Shown in pieces: positions 38,300 to 47,598 of a stretch of DNA of 64,000 nt. Every line of letters starts with the position of its first letter. Position 1 is the stretch's first letter. This DNA comes from Alphaproteobacteria bacterium. GTDB lineage: Bacteria; Pseudomonadota; Alphaproteobacteria; JAXMDU01. The stretch spans positions 6,727-70,726 of the forward strand of contig JAXMDU010000007.1 in NCBI GenBank assembly GCA_046348645.1. Direction: 5' to 3'. Under the pieces are notes generated by a model. That model saw only the letters and a list, made by a program, of their open reading frames with translations. It ran no database searches and was not told where the DNA came from. The position numbers and the translations under genes were made by a program.

Positions 38300-39049
38300 C
38301 TATACTTCCCGTTCCCTCTTGGCGGCCTTGCGGGCCGCGCCGTGTCTGGCGATTTTGTCGAGGCGACGATGGATGGCGGACAGGTCGATATCGTCAGGAT
38401 CGTAGCGGCCACAGTACCACTCGATCATCCGGCGATGCATCCGATGGCCCGGTCTGGTCATCGCATCGAGGAACTCATGGTAGCCGTGGGCACCGCCAAC
38501 GTCCTCGGGTGGGCTGCGCCGGGCGCCGTCGAGCAGGCGGGGATAGAGACGATCGGGGCAGGCCGGCTCGATGGCTTCGACGGCGAGACGATGCTCCCAG
38601 TAGTCGCCGAAGTCGTAGACGTATCCGATCTCGCACCCGCCCGAGGCGAGGAGCGTCCGGAACCTGGCGGTCGCGGCGTTGATCACCCGGCGGCCGAAAT
38701 CGATGTCATCCGGATCAGGGATGCCATAGTACTTTTTGCCCGCATGGAATTCGAACAAATGGCTGCCATGCCAGCCCATGACCGCCTGAATGACGTCATG
38801 GACGTGCATCACCGATATATCGAGCGGCACTTCCACCCGACGCCAAACTTCCGGCTCGATCCCGATAAGGCTGATGCGCAGGCGCACGATCTGATTCGCC
38901 CGTCCGATTGTCTGAACGACCTCCCCCCTCGGCCTTGCCAGATCGAGGCCGGGGTCGGGTGAGCGATCCGCCGTCCGACCAGATCCCATCTGGCCAGAAA
39001 GCGATGCCGGCATGGAGAGACTGATTCGGGTGGGCGCCGCGAGAGTCAT
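38300..39049 (-). CDS. Plasmid pRiA4b ORF-3-like family protein (PF07929-type)
   Basis: 249-aa ORF whose core (QIVRLRISLIGIEPEVWRRVEVPLDISVMHVHDVIQAVMGWHGSHLFEF...YVYDFGDYWEHRLAVE) follows the conserved PRiA4_ORF3 pattern. N-terminal ~50 aa extension; start uncertain (GGGAGGAG RBS before ATG 39049). Confidence 0.6.
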   Translation of the reverse strand: MTLAAPTRISLSMPASLSGQMGSGRTADRSPDPGLDLARPRGEVVQTIGRANQIVRLRISLIGIEPEVWRRVEVPLDISVMHVHDVIQAVMGWHGSHLFEFHAGKKYYGIPDPDDIDFGRRVINAATARFRTLLASGGCEIGYVYDFGDYWEHRLAVEAIEPACPDRLYPRLLDGARRSPPEDVGGAHGYHEFLDAMTRPGHRMHRRMIEWYCGRYDPDDIDLSAIHRRLDKIARHGAARKAAKREREV

Positions 39050-39426
39050 GGCACGCTCTCCTCCCGCGCGACCGTTCGGAGTGCGTATCCAACCTCTTCC
39101 CGGTCGGCACGGGTCTTGCTGAAGTCGGCCTCGATCTTTGCTGCCGTGTCTTCAGCTATTCAGTCGCTCGTGCCGGGACGCAGCGTGTACGTTCCCGTGC
39201 ACATAAGCGCCTTGAAACCTGCTTTTTATTTGGGATCGGCCGGACACTTCGGCAAGTGACCCGAAAGGCGACCGGCCGGCCGGCACGATCCGGGTCATTC
39301 CTCTGGTCATCCCTTCAGCCGAAAAGCGCTTGTGCGCCCAATGTCGGATGTCCCGGGCGCCGGCCTTTGCGCCGTGATCCCCCATAGACATTAATGTCAG
39401 AAATATCAGGCGGGGATGGGATTGAC

Positions 39427-39448
39427 AATCGATTATCGATAATCGATT
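39427..39448. promoter_or_regulatory. 22-bp perfect palindrome AATCGATTATCGATAATCGATT abutting a TTGACA -35-like hexamer, 10 bp upstream of the GntR start
   Basis: Seen directly. Self-complementary over 22 bp; TTGACA at 39422-39427; the GntR ATG at 39458 has no SD. Confidence 0.6.
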
Positions 39449-39457
39449 ATCTCACCC

Positions 39458-40183
39458 ATGGAAGCCGTCCCTCTCTCCTCTGTAACCGACCAGATCGCGA
39501 CCTACCTGCGGCACGCGATCCTTGAGGGGCGCATACGTCCGGGGCAGGCGGTCCGCCAGATCGAAATCAGCGGCCTTTTGGGCGTGAGCCAGAGCGCCGT
39601 CCGCGAGGCCCTGCGAACGCTGAGCGCAGAAGGGCTGGTCGAGATCGAGCCGAGAAAGGGCGCGCGGGTCGCCCCCTTGGCGATCGATGCCCTGAAAGAG
39701 ATCTACGAACTGCGCGCCCTGCTGGAACCACCGCTTCTGGCTGAAAGCGCGCGGTCCCATGACGACAGCCAGGTGCCCGTCGTTGAAGGGTATCTGCGGC
39801 AACTGAACGATGCCGTTCACGGCGAGGATCGCGGCGCCTATCACCGGCTGAACCACCAGTTCCATTTTGCAATTTTCAATGCGACGGGACGGACGTGGAA
39901 AGGCCGGATCCTCGAAATTCTATGGTCCGCATCTACGCCCTATCACGTCCTTTACGACGTGACCCTTGACCTGCCGCAGATGCAGGACGAGCACGCCGCC
40001 ATGTTTGCGGCCTGGCGCGATCGCCGTGCCGACACGCTGATCGCTTTGCAGGATCGGCACAGGAACCACACGGGAGCCTATTTTCAAAGGGTGTCTGAAC
40101 AGGCTTGGTCGTCGGGCGATGCTGTGGAACGGCAACGCAATCTGGCAGCCGCGCGTCCACCGCTTTCGAAATCCAATCCATAA
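39458..40183 (+). CDS. GntR-family (FadR/FCD subfamily) transcriptional regulator
   Basis: 241 aa with an N-terminal wHTH (GQAVRQIEISGLLGVSQSAVREALRTLSAEGLVE) and a C-terminal all-helical FCD ligand-binding domain. Confidence 0.85.
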   Translation: MEAVPLSSVTDQIATYLRHAILEGRIRPGQAVRQIEISGLLGVSQSAVREALRTLSAEGLVEIEPRKGARVAPLAIDALKEIYELRALLEPPLLAESARSHDDSQVPVVEGYLRQLNDAVHGEDRGAYHRLNHQFHFAIFNATGRTWKGRILEILWSASTPYHVLYDVTLDLPQMQDEHAAMFAAWRDRRADTLIALQDRHRNHTGAYFQRVSEQAWSSGDAVERQRNLAAARPPLSKSNP

Positions 40184-40201
40184 CCGGCGAGGCAACCGGC
40201 C

Positions 40202-42160
40202 GTGCAGAAGCCAGTTCGAGTTCTTGAGATCGGTACCGGCTATGCCTGCAGCTATGCGGGCTGGGTGCTGGCAGGCCAGGGAGCAAAAGTCAGCCGGGCC
40301 ATCATTCCTGGGGTTGAGCCCATTGCAAGCGGCCATCCAAGGTCATGGATCCATCAAAAGAAAGCCCAGGTTTCGGTCGCGGACCTGGATGCGGCCCTGC
40401 GCGAGACCGACCTTTGCATCACCGATCGCCTTGATCTTGTCCCCATGCTTGCGGCACCGGCCTTTCCACGCCCGGCCGGGCTTGAGCGGGTGGCGGTGGT
40501 CGAGATCGGTTCGCCCGCGGCCGAACAGGATGCAGAAGTGGGAATCGCCGCCGGCTCTGGCGTCGGGGCTGCGATCGGCGAACCGGATGGACCGGCCCTT
40601 GCACCGCCGGGACACCAGCTTGAGGGCATGATCGGCTTGCATGCTGCGTCGGCTGGTCTTGCCGCTGTCGTCGGGGCCCGCCGCGACGGGGTCGGTGAGC
40701 ATGTCTTCATCGATCCCTGTGCCTGTATCGGCGGCATTGCCGCCGTGGCGGCCATTCAATACCTCAACTACGGCGGCCGGCTCTATCGCGACGGCCGGAG
40801 CGCCTATCTCTCTGGCGGTCCCTATCCGAACCGGATCTTCCGGGCGAGCGATGGCTGGATCGTCGTCATTTGCCGTTCAAAAGATGAATGGGCCGCCTTT
40901 CTTGAATTGCTGGGCCATCCGACATGGGCCTCCGAGCCCCGCTACCAGGATCAGATCGCCATCGCCAAGCAGTATGCGGACGAGGTGACGGAAAAGATCG
41001 AGGCGATTCTTGCGAAATGGACAGTCGCTGATCTTTGGGTGAAATCGAAGGCGCTTCGCGTACCACTGGCACCGCTGCGATCGCTTGATGACGTGCGGGC
41101 CGATCCCAACCTGATCCGGCCTGGAATGGGCAAAAACCTGGATCTTGTGTCACCGATCGACCCCATCCCGAACCCAAGGCGGCCCGGAAGCGGGCAAGGC
41201 TTCAATCCGGTGGTCCGCAATGGCCGCCAAAGCTCGCGTCCGCCATTGGCCGGGCTCAAGGTCATCGATCTCGGCTGGGTATGGGCCGCACCCATTGCCG
41301 CCGCATGGCTTGGCGATCTTGGCGCCGACGTCGTAAAGGTCGAGAGCATCGACCGCCTTGACGTCGCACGGCGCCGTGGCATCGAATTTCCGGTCGCCGG
41401 ACCCAAAGGCGTTCCATCCCTGCCGCCCTATGAACGGGCTCATCTCTTCGCGGCGGCCAACCGCAATAAGCGGAGCGTATCACTCAATCTCAAGGATCCC
41501 GCCGACTATGATCGGTTCCTTCAGCTGGTCGGAAATGCCCACGTTCTGATCGAAAGCTTCTCGGGCGGCGTTCTGGAACGCATGAACCTGGGTGTCGACC
41601 GGCTGTTTGCCGCCAATCCGAACCTGATCGTCGTTTCGCTTGGCGGTGCGACCGTGGACGGGTCCTACGTCGGACGGAGCTATGCACCGATCCTTTCTGC
41701 CTTGGCAGGCCTGGAATCTGCGGTTCGGGACTCGCGGGGCGATCCGTTAGGAATGATGAGCTGGGGCGGTGCCGACCCAAGTGGTGGAAGCTGGGCCCTG
41801 CTTGGCGTCATAGCGGCACTTGCGAACGGTGTTTCCGGTGTTCAGCTCAGCACGTCCCAGCTTCGTGGCATCGTCAATACCTGTGCCTCCCTCTATTACG
41901 AAGGCGGTGCAGCGGTACCGATCACTGACCGGCCAGCCGAAGAGATTACCGCCGCGCATATTGATGGCACGGCAGCCGGCCCCTTGGGCGACATTTTCCG
42001 GCGCGTCACGGTGCGGAGCTGGGACCCCACGACAGGCGAGCGGGTTGCGCTTGGAAATCCGTGGCGGTTCCGGCGGATGAGTGTCGGCGTTAGGCAGGCT
42101 GCGCCGCTGTTCGGGAATACCGACTACGACACCGTGATCAAGGAATGGCGCGCCGGCTAG
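40202..42160 (+). CDS. Tandem-fused family III CoA-transferase (two CaiB/BaiF-like modules)
   Basis: 652 aa. The C-terminal half has the canonical CaiB N-terminus (LAGLKVIDLGWVWAAPIAAAWLGDLGADVVKVES). The N-terminal half is a divergent copy (VRVLEIGTGYACSYAGWVLAGQGAKVSR). GTG start. Confidence 0.75.
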   Translation: MQKPVRVLEIGTGYACSYAGWVLAGQGAKVSRAIIPGVEPIASGHPRSWIHQKKAQVSVADLDAALRETDLCITDRLDLVPMLAAPAFPRPAGLERVAVVEIGSPAAEQDAEVGIAAGSGVGAAIGEPDGPALAPPGHQLEGMIGLHAASAGLAAVVGARRDGVGEHVFIDPCACIGGIAAVAAIQYLNYGGRLYRDGRSAYLSGGPYPNRIFRASDGWIVVICRSKDEWAAFLELLGHPTWASEPRYQDQIAIAKQYADEVTEKIEAILAKWTVADLWVKSKALRVPLAPLRSLDDVRADPNLIRPGMGKNLDLVSPIDPIPNPRRPGSGQGFNPVVRNGRQSSRPPLAGLKVIDLGWVWAAPIAAAWLGDLGADVVKVESIDRLDVARRRGIEFPVAGPKGVPSLPPYERAHLFAAANRNKRSVSLNLKDPADYDRFLQLVGNAHVLIESFSGGVLERMNLGVDRLFAANPNLIVVSLGGATVDGSYVGRSYAPILSALAGLESAVRDSRGDPLGMMSWGGADPSGGSWALLGVIAALANGVSGVQLSTSQLRGIVNTCASLYYEGGAAVPITDRPAEEITAAHIDGTAAGPLGDIFRRVTVRSWDPTTGERVALGNPWRFRRMSVGVRQAAPLFGNTDYDTVIKEWRAG

Positions 42161-42209
42161 CCGTGGGAATTGGCGGTCGGCGTCGAACATCTCGCTGAAA
42201 GGGCGTTGA

Positions 42210-42630
42210 ATGGCAGTCCCGATACCGGAATGGTACGCAAAGAAGCCGATTGCGGGTGTCGCCGATATTGGCACCCACGGCCGGTGGATTGATATCCGGC
42301 TGACCGCCGACGATATCGCGGCCTTTAACGCGGCAGTCGGGACCGAGCGGCCGGGGCGGCTGCCCCCGATCGGGCTTGTCCCGATGCTGGCGCGTTTCGC
42401 CTATCTCAACGGGCATCGGGCGCCAGCCGGCGGCGTCCTGGCTCGATTGCGTTGGGCCAACCACTCGAACTTTCCTCGATGGCAACCTCAAGGCGCGGAG
42501 CGGCGTCATTGGCGATTTCGAGAAACGGGGTCGCCGTCGGGTCGAGATCGAAGTTGCCCTGGCGCACCCGGACGACAGGCCGATTGCGACGGTTATCTGG
42601 GAAATCGTATGGCCCGACGGAGCCGCATGA
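42210..42630 (+). CDS. MaoC_dehydratase_N-type hotdog protein, apparent +1 frameshift (extra C near 42468)
   Basis: The N-terminal 85 aa are in the frame of ORF 42210. The conserved C-terminal hotdog core (LDGNLKARSGVIGDFEKRGRRRVEIEVALAHPDDRPIATVIWEIVWP) is in the frame of ORF 42376-42630. Deleting one C from the tttcctc run rejoins them as ...HSNFLDGNLKA.... Confidence 0.55.
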
Positions 42631-42983
42631 TGACGGACATCGCGAGACGACTGACGCTGGAACAGATGGAGGAGTGGGCGCGGCTGACCTCCGATTTCAA
42701 CCCCATGCATCTGGATCCGGAATTCACCAGGCAGACGGCCTATGGGCGGCCCATCGTGTTTGCAACCCTGACTCTGGCGATCGTGGCCGAGGCGCTTGAA
42801 CGCGAGTTCGGACGGCAATGGACCGAGGGCGGCGTTCTGGATGTCCGTTTCGTCGGCCCGGTCATGGTCGGCGATGAATTTGCCGTGTCGGCAACGACGA
42901 TCGATGGAAGTCCGTCGGTCGAATGCAGGACGGCAGGGTCTGCGCCGCTGGCGCTGGCCCTGAATCTGGCCAAGCAAGATTGA
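42627..42983 (+). CDS. MaoC-like (R)-specific enoyl-CoA hydratase hotdog subunit
   Basis: 118 aa (MMTDIARRLTLEQMEEWARLTSDFNPMHLDPEFTRQTAYGRPIVFATL...) with the MaoC hotdog signature. ATGATGA overlap with the preceding hotdog gene. Confidence 0.75.
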   Translation: MMTDIARRLTLEQMEEWARLTSDFNPMHLDPEFTRQTAYGRPIVFATLTLAIVAEALEREFGRQWTEGGVLDVRFVGPVMVGDEFAVSATTIDGSPSVECRTAGSAPLALALNLAKQD

Positions 42984-43026
42984 GGAAACGCGGCTGCATT
43001 CAGCGCGCCCGCTAGGGGAGAGAACG

Positions 43027-44250
43027 ATGGTGGCACAGGCTCTTGAGGGGCTACGGGTCCTTGATTTCAGTCGCCAGATGGCCGGACCGCACGCAACGGT
43101 CGTGTTGTCGGACTATGGCGCGGACGTCATCAAGATTGAATCGCTTCCGCACGGCGATCCATCCCGCCGCACCGGAACCGAGTTCTATGATACCGAAAGT
43201 GCCTGCTACCTCATGTGGAATCGGGGCAAGCGGAGCATCGCCTTGGACATGCGCAAGCCCGAGGCGCTGGCCATCGTCCACCGTCTGGCCAAGGACGCGG
43301 ATATCGTCGTCGAGAACTATCGCCCCGGCGTCGCGGATGAAATCGGCATTGGCTATGAACAGCTATCGAAAATCAATCCCCGAATCGTCTATTGCTCGGT
43401 CAGCGGTTTCGGGCCGGATGGCCCGCTTGCCAGCTATCCCGCGACCGATCCTCTGGTCCAGGGAATGACCGGCGTCATGTCGACGACAGGCGAGCGCGGG
43501 CATGGCCCTGTCCTGGTCGGCATACCGCTGATCGATTATTCAGGCGCGCTTCTTGCCGTTCAGGGAATCATGTTTGCCCTCCATGCGCGCCACAAGACGG
43601 GGCGAGGTCAGAAAGTTGATGTGTCACTGATGTTCGGCATCATGCCGGCCCTGTCGACGAAGCTGGCGACGTTTTGGGCGACTGGAAAGGATCCCGAGCG
43701 GTTCGGAAGTTCCCATTCCATCGTTCTGCCTTATCAGGCCTTCCAGACCCGTGACGGGTGGGCGATGGCCGGAATTTGGGGGGATGGCGACTGGCCGAAG
43801 TTCTGCGCCGCGGTGGGGCGTGACGATCTTGCTGCCGATCCCAGATTTGCAACCAATAAGGATCGCCTTGTCCGGCGCGATGAGCTGATGCCCATGATCG
43901 AGGCGGAGTTCCCGCATCGCACGACCGCGGAATGGGCCGAGCGGTTCCGCAAAGCGGGGGCGTTGTTCGGCCCTATCCTGACGTTCACCGAAGTATTCAA
44001 GCATCCCCATGTCCAGCATTCCGGCGTCGTTCAGGATGTGCCGCATCCGACACTGGGGACGGTGAAACAGCTGGGCCCTGTCATTCATCTGTCGGAAACA
44101 CCGGGAAAAATACAATTTGCACCGCCGCTGCTTGGCCAACACACGGCCGAAGTCCTGAAAGAGGCGGGATACAGCAACCAGGAGATTGCGGTTCTCAAGA
44201 GTGACGGCGCGGTTGCTGTCACTGACCTGCCGGTCAAGTCCCGCCGTTAG
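43027..44250 (+). CDS. Family III CoA-transferase (CaiB/BaiF)
   Basis: 407 aa with the N-terminal signature LEGLRVLDFSRQMAGPHATVVLSDYGADVIKIES and a catalytic Asp region. GGGGAGAG RBS. Confidence 0.85.
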   Translation: MVAQALEGLRVLDFSRQMAGPHATVVLSDYGADVIKIESLPHGDPSRRTGTEFYDTESACYLMWNRGKRSIALDMRKPEALAIVHRLAKDADIVVENYRPGVADEIGIGYEQLSKINPRIVYCSVSGFGPDGPLASYPATDPLVQGMTGVMSTTGERGHGPVLVGIPLIDYSGALLAVQGIMFALHARHKTGRGQKVDVSLMFGIMPALSTKLATFWATGKDPERFGSSHSIVLPYQAFQTRDGWAMAGIWGDGDWPKFCAAVGRDDLAADPRFATNKDRLVRRDELMPMIEAEFPHRTTAEWAERFRKAGALFGPILTFTEVFKHPHVQHSGVVQDVPHPTLGTVKQLGPVIHLSETPGKIQFAPPLLGQHTAEVLKEAGYSNQEIAVLKSDGAVAVTDLPVKSRR

Positions 44251-44302
44251 CCGGGACGGATTCAATCATAAGAAGGCAACGAATCAGGAGGAGGACAAGA
44301 CC

Positions 44303-45547
44303 ATGCTAGCAGACTGGAGACAATCACTCAGGTCAGCAACGATTCTTGGCGCGACTGTCGTTGCGGGCCTGCTGGCGGTTCCTGCCATCGGATCCGCCGC
44401 AGGCCTTGGACCCAGTGACGACACCCAATACGGCGCGGGCACAGCAGCGCTCTCGACTGAAACCATCCAGGTCGCACAAGCCGCGCCAACTGGCGCACCC
44501 ATTTCCATCGGCGTTGTCGCGCCGACCAGTGGCGACTATGCGGGGCTGGGTTCGGAGGCGGTCAACGCGATCAACCTGGCCGCCGAACAGATCAACCAGA
44601 AGGGCGGCGTGCTGGGGCGGCCGCTCCGAATCATCGTTGCGGATGGCGCGACCGATCCGACACTCAGCCTCAATGCGGTGACACGGTTGACGACCCAGGA
44701 CAAGGTCGTGGCCGTTCTGGGCACGCTTTGCACCGGCTGTACGCTGGCGGCCATTCCGGCCATCAAGAACGCCAATGTTCCCCATTTTACAATCGGCGAC
44801 GGCGGCTTGCGGATTGCAAAGGCGGGAAGTGCCACGACATTCCTGGTCACGGATACCGACGAAGCGCGCGGCATGGCGTTTGTCGACGCGGTGCACAATC
44901 ATTTCAAGGTCAAGAACGTCGGCATTCTGGTGTCGGAAAAGTCCGAGCCGGGAAAGACAGCGCAACGCACCATTGAAAAGGCGCTGGCGGGAAGCGATGT
45001 CAAGGTGACGACGGTGATCGCGCCGACCAATGCGCCGGACTATAAGCCTTATCTGACAACGCTGCGTGATGCCGGGGCTCAGGTGATCTTCGATGGTGGG
45101 TCGACCGGCGAAGAGATGGCCTTCATCCTGCGGCAGATGCAGGACCTGCGAATGCAGATGCCGACGGTTGGGATGCTGTGGGTCGACGCGATGGTTCAGA
45201 AATCCAGCCCCGAGGCGGCGTCGATCTACTATTTTGCAACGCCATACCTTCCGACCTTCGATACCCCGGCGGTCAAGGCCTTTACCGACGCCTACAAGGC
45301 AAAATTCCAGCGTGACCCGAGCAAGTATTCGGCGATTGCCTATTCCAGCACCATGATCCTGGCCACAGCCATGGAGCAGGCAAAGTCCACCGACTCGGAC
45401 GCGGTGACGGCCCAGGTTCGCAAGGTCGCCTGGACCGGCCCGCTTGGCAAGCCCAACTTCGACAGCGACGGGCTTTGGAACGTGACCACAAGCATTGCGC
45501 GTTATCTGAACGGCGGTCTCGTCCTGGCCTACACGCCGAAACAGTAG
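44303..45547 (+). CDS. ABC transporter substrate-binding protein, branched-chain amino acid (Liv/LivK-like) family
   Basis: 414 aa with a signal peptide, AGGAGG RBS and the type I periplasmic binding fold (...ISIGVVAPTSGDYAGLGSEAVNAINLAAEQINQKGGVLGRPL...). Confidence 0.85.
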   Translation: MLADWRQSLRSATILGATVVAGLLAVPAIGSAAGLGPSDDTQYGAGTAALSTETIQVAQAAPTGAPISIGVVAPTSGDYAGLGSEAVNAINLAAEQINQKGGVLGRPLRIIVADGATDPTLSLNAVTRLTTQDKVVAVLGTLCTGCTLAAIPAIKNANVPHFTIGDGGLRIAKAGSATTFLVTDTDEARGMAFVDAVHNHFKVKNVGILVSEKSEPGKTAQRTIEKALAGSDVKVTTVIAPTNAPDYKPYLTTLRDAGAQVIFDGGSTGEEMAFILRQMQDLRMQMPTVGMLWVDAMVQKSSPEAASIYYFATPYLPTFDTPAVKAFTDAYKAKFQRDPSKYSAIAYSSTMILATAMEQAKSTDSDAVTAQVRKVAWTGPLGKPNFDSDGLWNVTTSIARYLNGGLVLAYTPKQ

Positions 45548-45642
45548 CATCAATCGGCGGGGCCATGGGCAGTGACGCTGGGCGACAGGGGGCTGGCCGC
45601 AGGATTGCGGCCAGCCCGGCCTAGCCGCGTGGGCGAGGAAGC

Positions 45643-46518
45643 GTGTTCCAGATTGAATCGCTAGTCCAACAACTCGTGAACGGCATCTTGCTGGGCGCAA
45701 GCTATGGGCTTGTGGGGGCGGGATTTGCCGTCACCTATGGCATTTCGCGGGTTCTGAATTTCGCCCATGGGGCTTTTTTCGTTGTCGGGTCCTATGGGGT
45801 CTATGCGCTGAACACCTGGTTTGGCCTGCCGCTTGGCCTGGCATTCGTGGGCGGAAGTATTTTTGTCCTGCCCATGGCCCTGGTCAGCTATTACGTCGTC
45901 ATCAGGCCCTATGGCCCGGAAAAAAGCGGCACGGCGCTCTTGGGCACATTTGGAGTGGCGACCATCATCATCGAGACGATGCGGCAGATCTTTGGCGGTC
46001 GGCCGCTGATCCTGGCGCGGCTTGTCGATCTGCCGCCGATGACGCTCATGCATAATGTCTATGTGCCGATCGATCAGGCGGTCGTCGCGGGATTTGCCGT
46101 GGTGGTCCTGGCGGCAAGCCTGGGTCTTTTGCGATGGACGGGTATCGGCCGCCGTCTCCGAGCCATCGTGCAATCCGACGAGGCGGCGCAGTTGATCGGG
46201 ATCCGGCCCGAGCCGTACCGGAAGCTTTCGTTCATTTCAGGAAGCTGGCTTGCTGGCGTGGCGGGGTCCGGCCTTGCGTTCCTGTCCCCGATCAATACCA
46301 GCAACGGCGTGAACATGACGTTCATTGCCTTTGTCATCGTCGTGTTGGCCGGGCTTGGCAATATCGGTGGGGCGGCGATCGTGGGCGTATTGCTTGCCAT
46401 TCTGCAGGCGCTGTCGGCGCTTTACGTCCGGCCCGAGGTCTCGATCGCGGCCCCATACCTGTTCATGATTGCCGTTCTGGTCATGCGGCCACAAGGGCTG
46501 TTCCCAACCCGGGCCTGA
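45643..46518 (+). CDS. Branched-chain amino acid ABC transporter permease (LivH-type)
   Basis: 291-aa polytopic membrane protein with LivH-family blocks. Confidence 0.85.
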   Translation: MFQIESLVQQLVNGILLGASYGLVGAGFAVTYGISRVLNFAHGAFFVVGSYGVYALNTWFGLPLGLAFVGGSIFVLPMALVSYYVVIRPYGPEKSGTALLGTFGVATIIIETMRQIFGGRPLILARLVDLPPMTLMHNVYVPIDQAVVAGFAVVVLAASLGLLRWTGIGRRLRAIVQSDEAAQLIGIRPEPYRKLSFISGSWLAGVAGSGLAFLSPINTSNGVNMTFIAFVIVVLAGLGNIGGAAIVGVLLAILQALSALYVRPEVSIAAPYLFMIAVLVMRPQGLFPTRA

Positions 46519-47591
46519 TGGCAATGAAAAATTCACAAGGCCGATCGAACGGAGTGGAAACGGCGCAGGAGAAGCCGAGCGTGATCCTGTCGCTGATCCT
46601 GGTCAGTGCCGTGCTGGCGGTTGCCTTGACCGTGCTGCGCGATAATGCCTATGCCCTGCGCATCCTCAGCTTGGCCGGAATCTATTCGATCCTGGCCCTC
46701 GGCCTTCGCCTTGCGTATGCCGAGGTCGGGGAACTCAATCTCGGACAAAGCGTCCTGTTCGCGCTGGGCGGCTATCTTGTCGGGATCGGCGGAACGCAGC
46801 TCGGGCTCGGGCATCTTGTGGGCCTGGCCGTGGCCGTTGCCGGGACAGCCCTGGTGGCCCTGATTGTCAGTTTCATCACCCTGCGCCTGGCCGGCGCGTT
46901 CTTCGCCGTCGCCACACTGGGCCTGATTCCGGTCGCGACCGCCTTGATCGTCAACTGGGACGGCATCACGGGCGGCGTTCTTGGCCTTGGGGGATATGGC
47001 GGCGGAATCAGGGCGCCGGTTCCGCTTGTCGGGATATCGGGGCAACTGGCGTGGATGATTGCGATCTGGGTTGTCGTGCTGGCCGCCCTGTTGCTGGATC
47101 ACTGGTTGCGCGCCGCAAGGTTCGGTCAGGCGTTGAACGCGATTCGCCAGGATCCGGTTCTCTTTGCCTCGCTTGGTTTCAATGTGACCCTGTATCGCGT
47201 TGCGGCAGCGGTCATCTCGGGTACGTTTGCCGGCCTGGCCGGCGGCCTGTATGCGCTTCACGAAGGATTGGTATCCGTTTCGCTTGTCGGTCTTGGCCTG
47301 CTGGCAACCATCATCGTCATCGTGGTGGCGGGGGGCAGCCGCGTCCCCGGCGGGGTGGTTGCCGCCAGTGCCATCATGACCCTGGTGCCGGAATATGCCC
47401 GGGCTTTGGGCGACCTGCGGCTGCTTGTCTTTGGTGTCGCCCTGATCCTGTTGCTGAAATTCATGCCTGACGGGGTTGGGCCGTTCGGCATCTCGGGCAT
47501 TGCCCGCCTGATCCGGCTCCTTGGCCTGGGGGCTGAAACGGCCGATACAAAACCAGCGTCCCGGCCGTCGGAACCGGGACGGAAGGTCTAG
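46518..47591 (+). CDS. Branched-chain amino acid ABC transporter permease (LivM-type)
   Basis: About 357 aa from the ATG overlapping the upstream stop (TGATG). Polytopic. The ORF extends upstream in frame to 46134. Confidence 0.8.
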   Translation: MAMKNSQGRSNGVETAQEKPSVILSLILVSAVLAVALTVLRDNAYALRILSLAGIYSILALGLRLAYAEVGELNLGQSVLFALGGYLVGIGGTQLGLGHLVGLAVAVAGTALVALIVSFITLRLAGAFFAVATLGLIPVATALIVNWDGITGGVLGLGGYGGGIRAPVPLVGISGQLAWMIAIWVVVLAALLLDHWLRAARFGQALNAIRQDPVLFASLGFNVTLYRVAAAVISGTFAGLAGGLYALHEGLVSVSLVGLGLLATIIVIVVAGGSRVPGGVVAASAIMTLVPEYARALGDLRLLVFGVALILLLKFMPDGVGPFGISGIARLIRLLGLGAETADTKPASRPSEPGRKV

Positions 47592-47598
47592 ACCGCTC

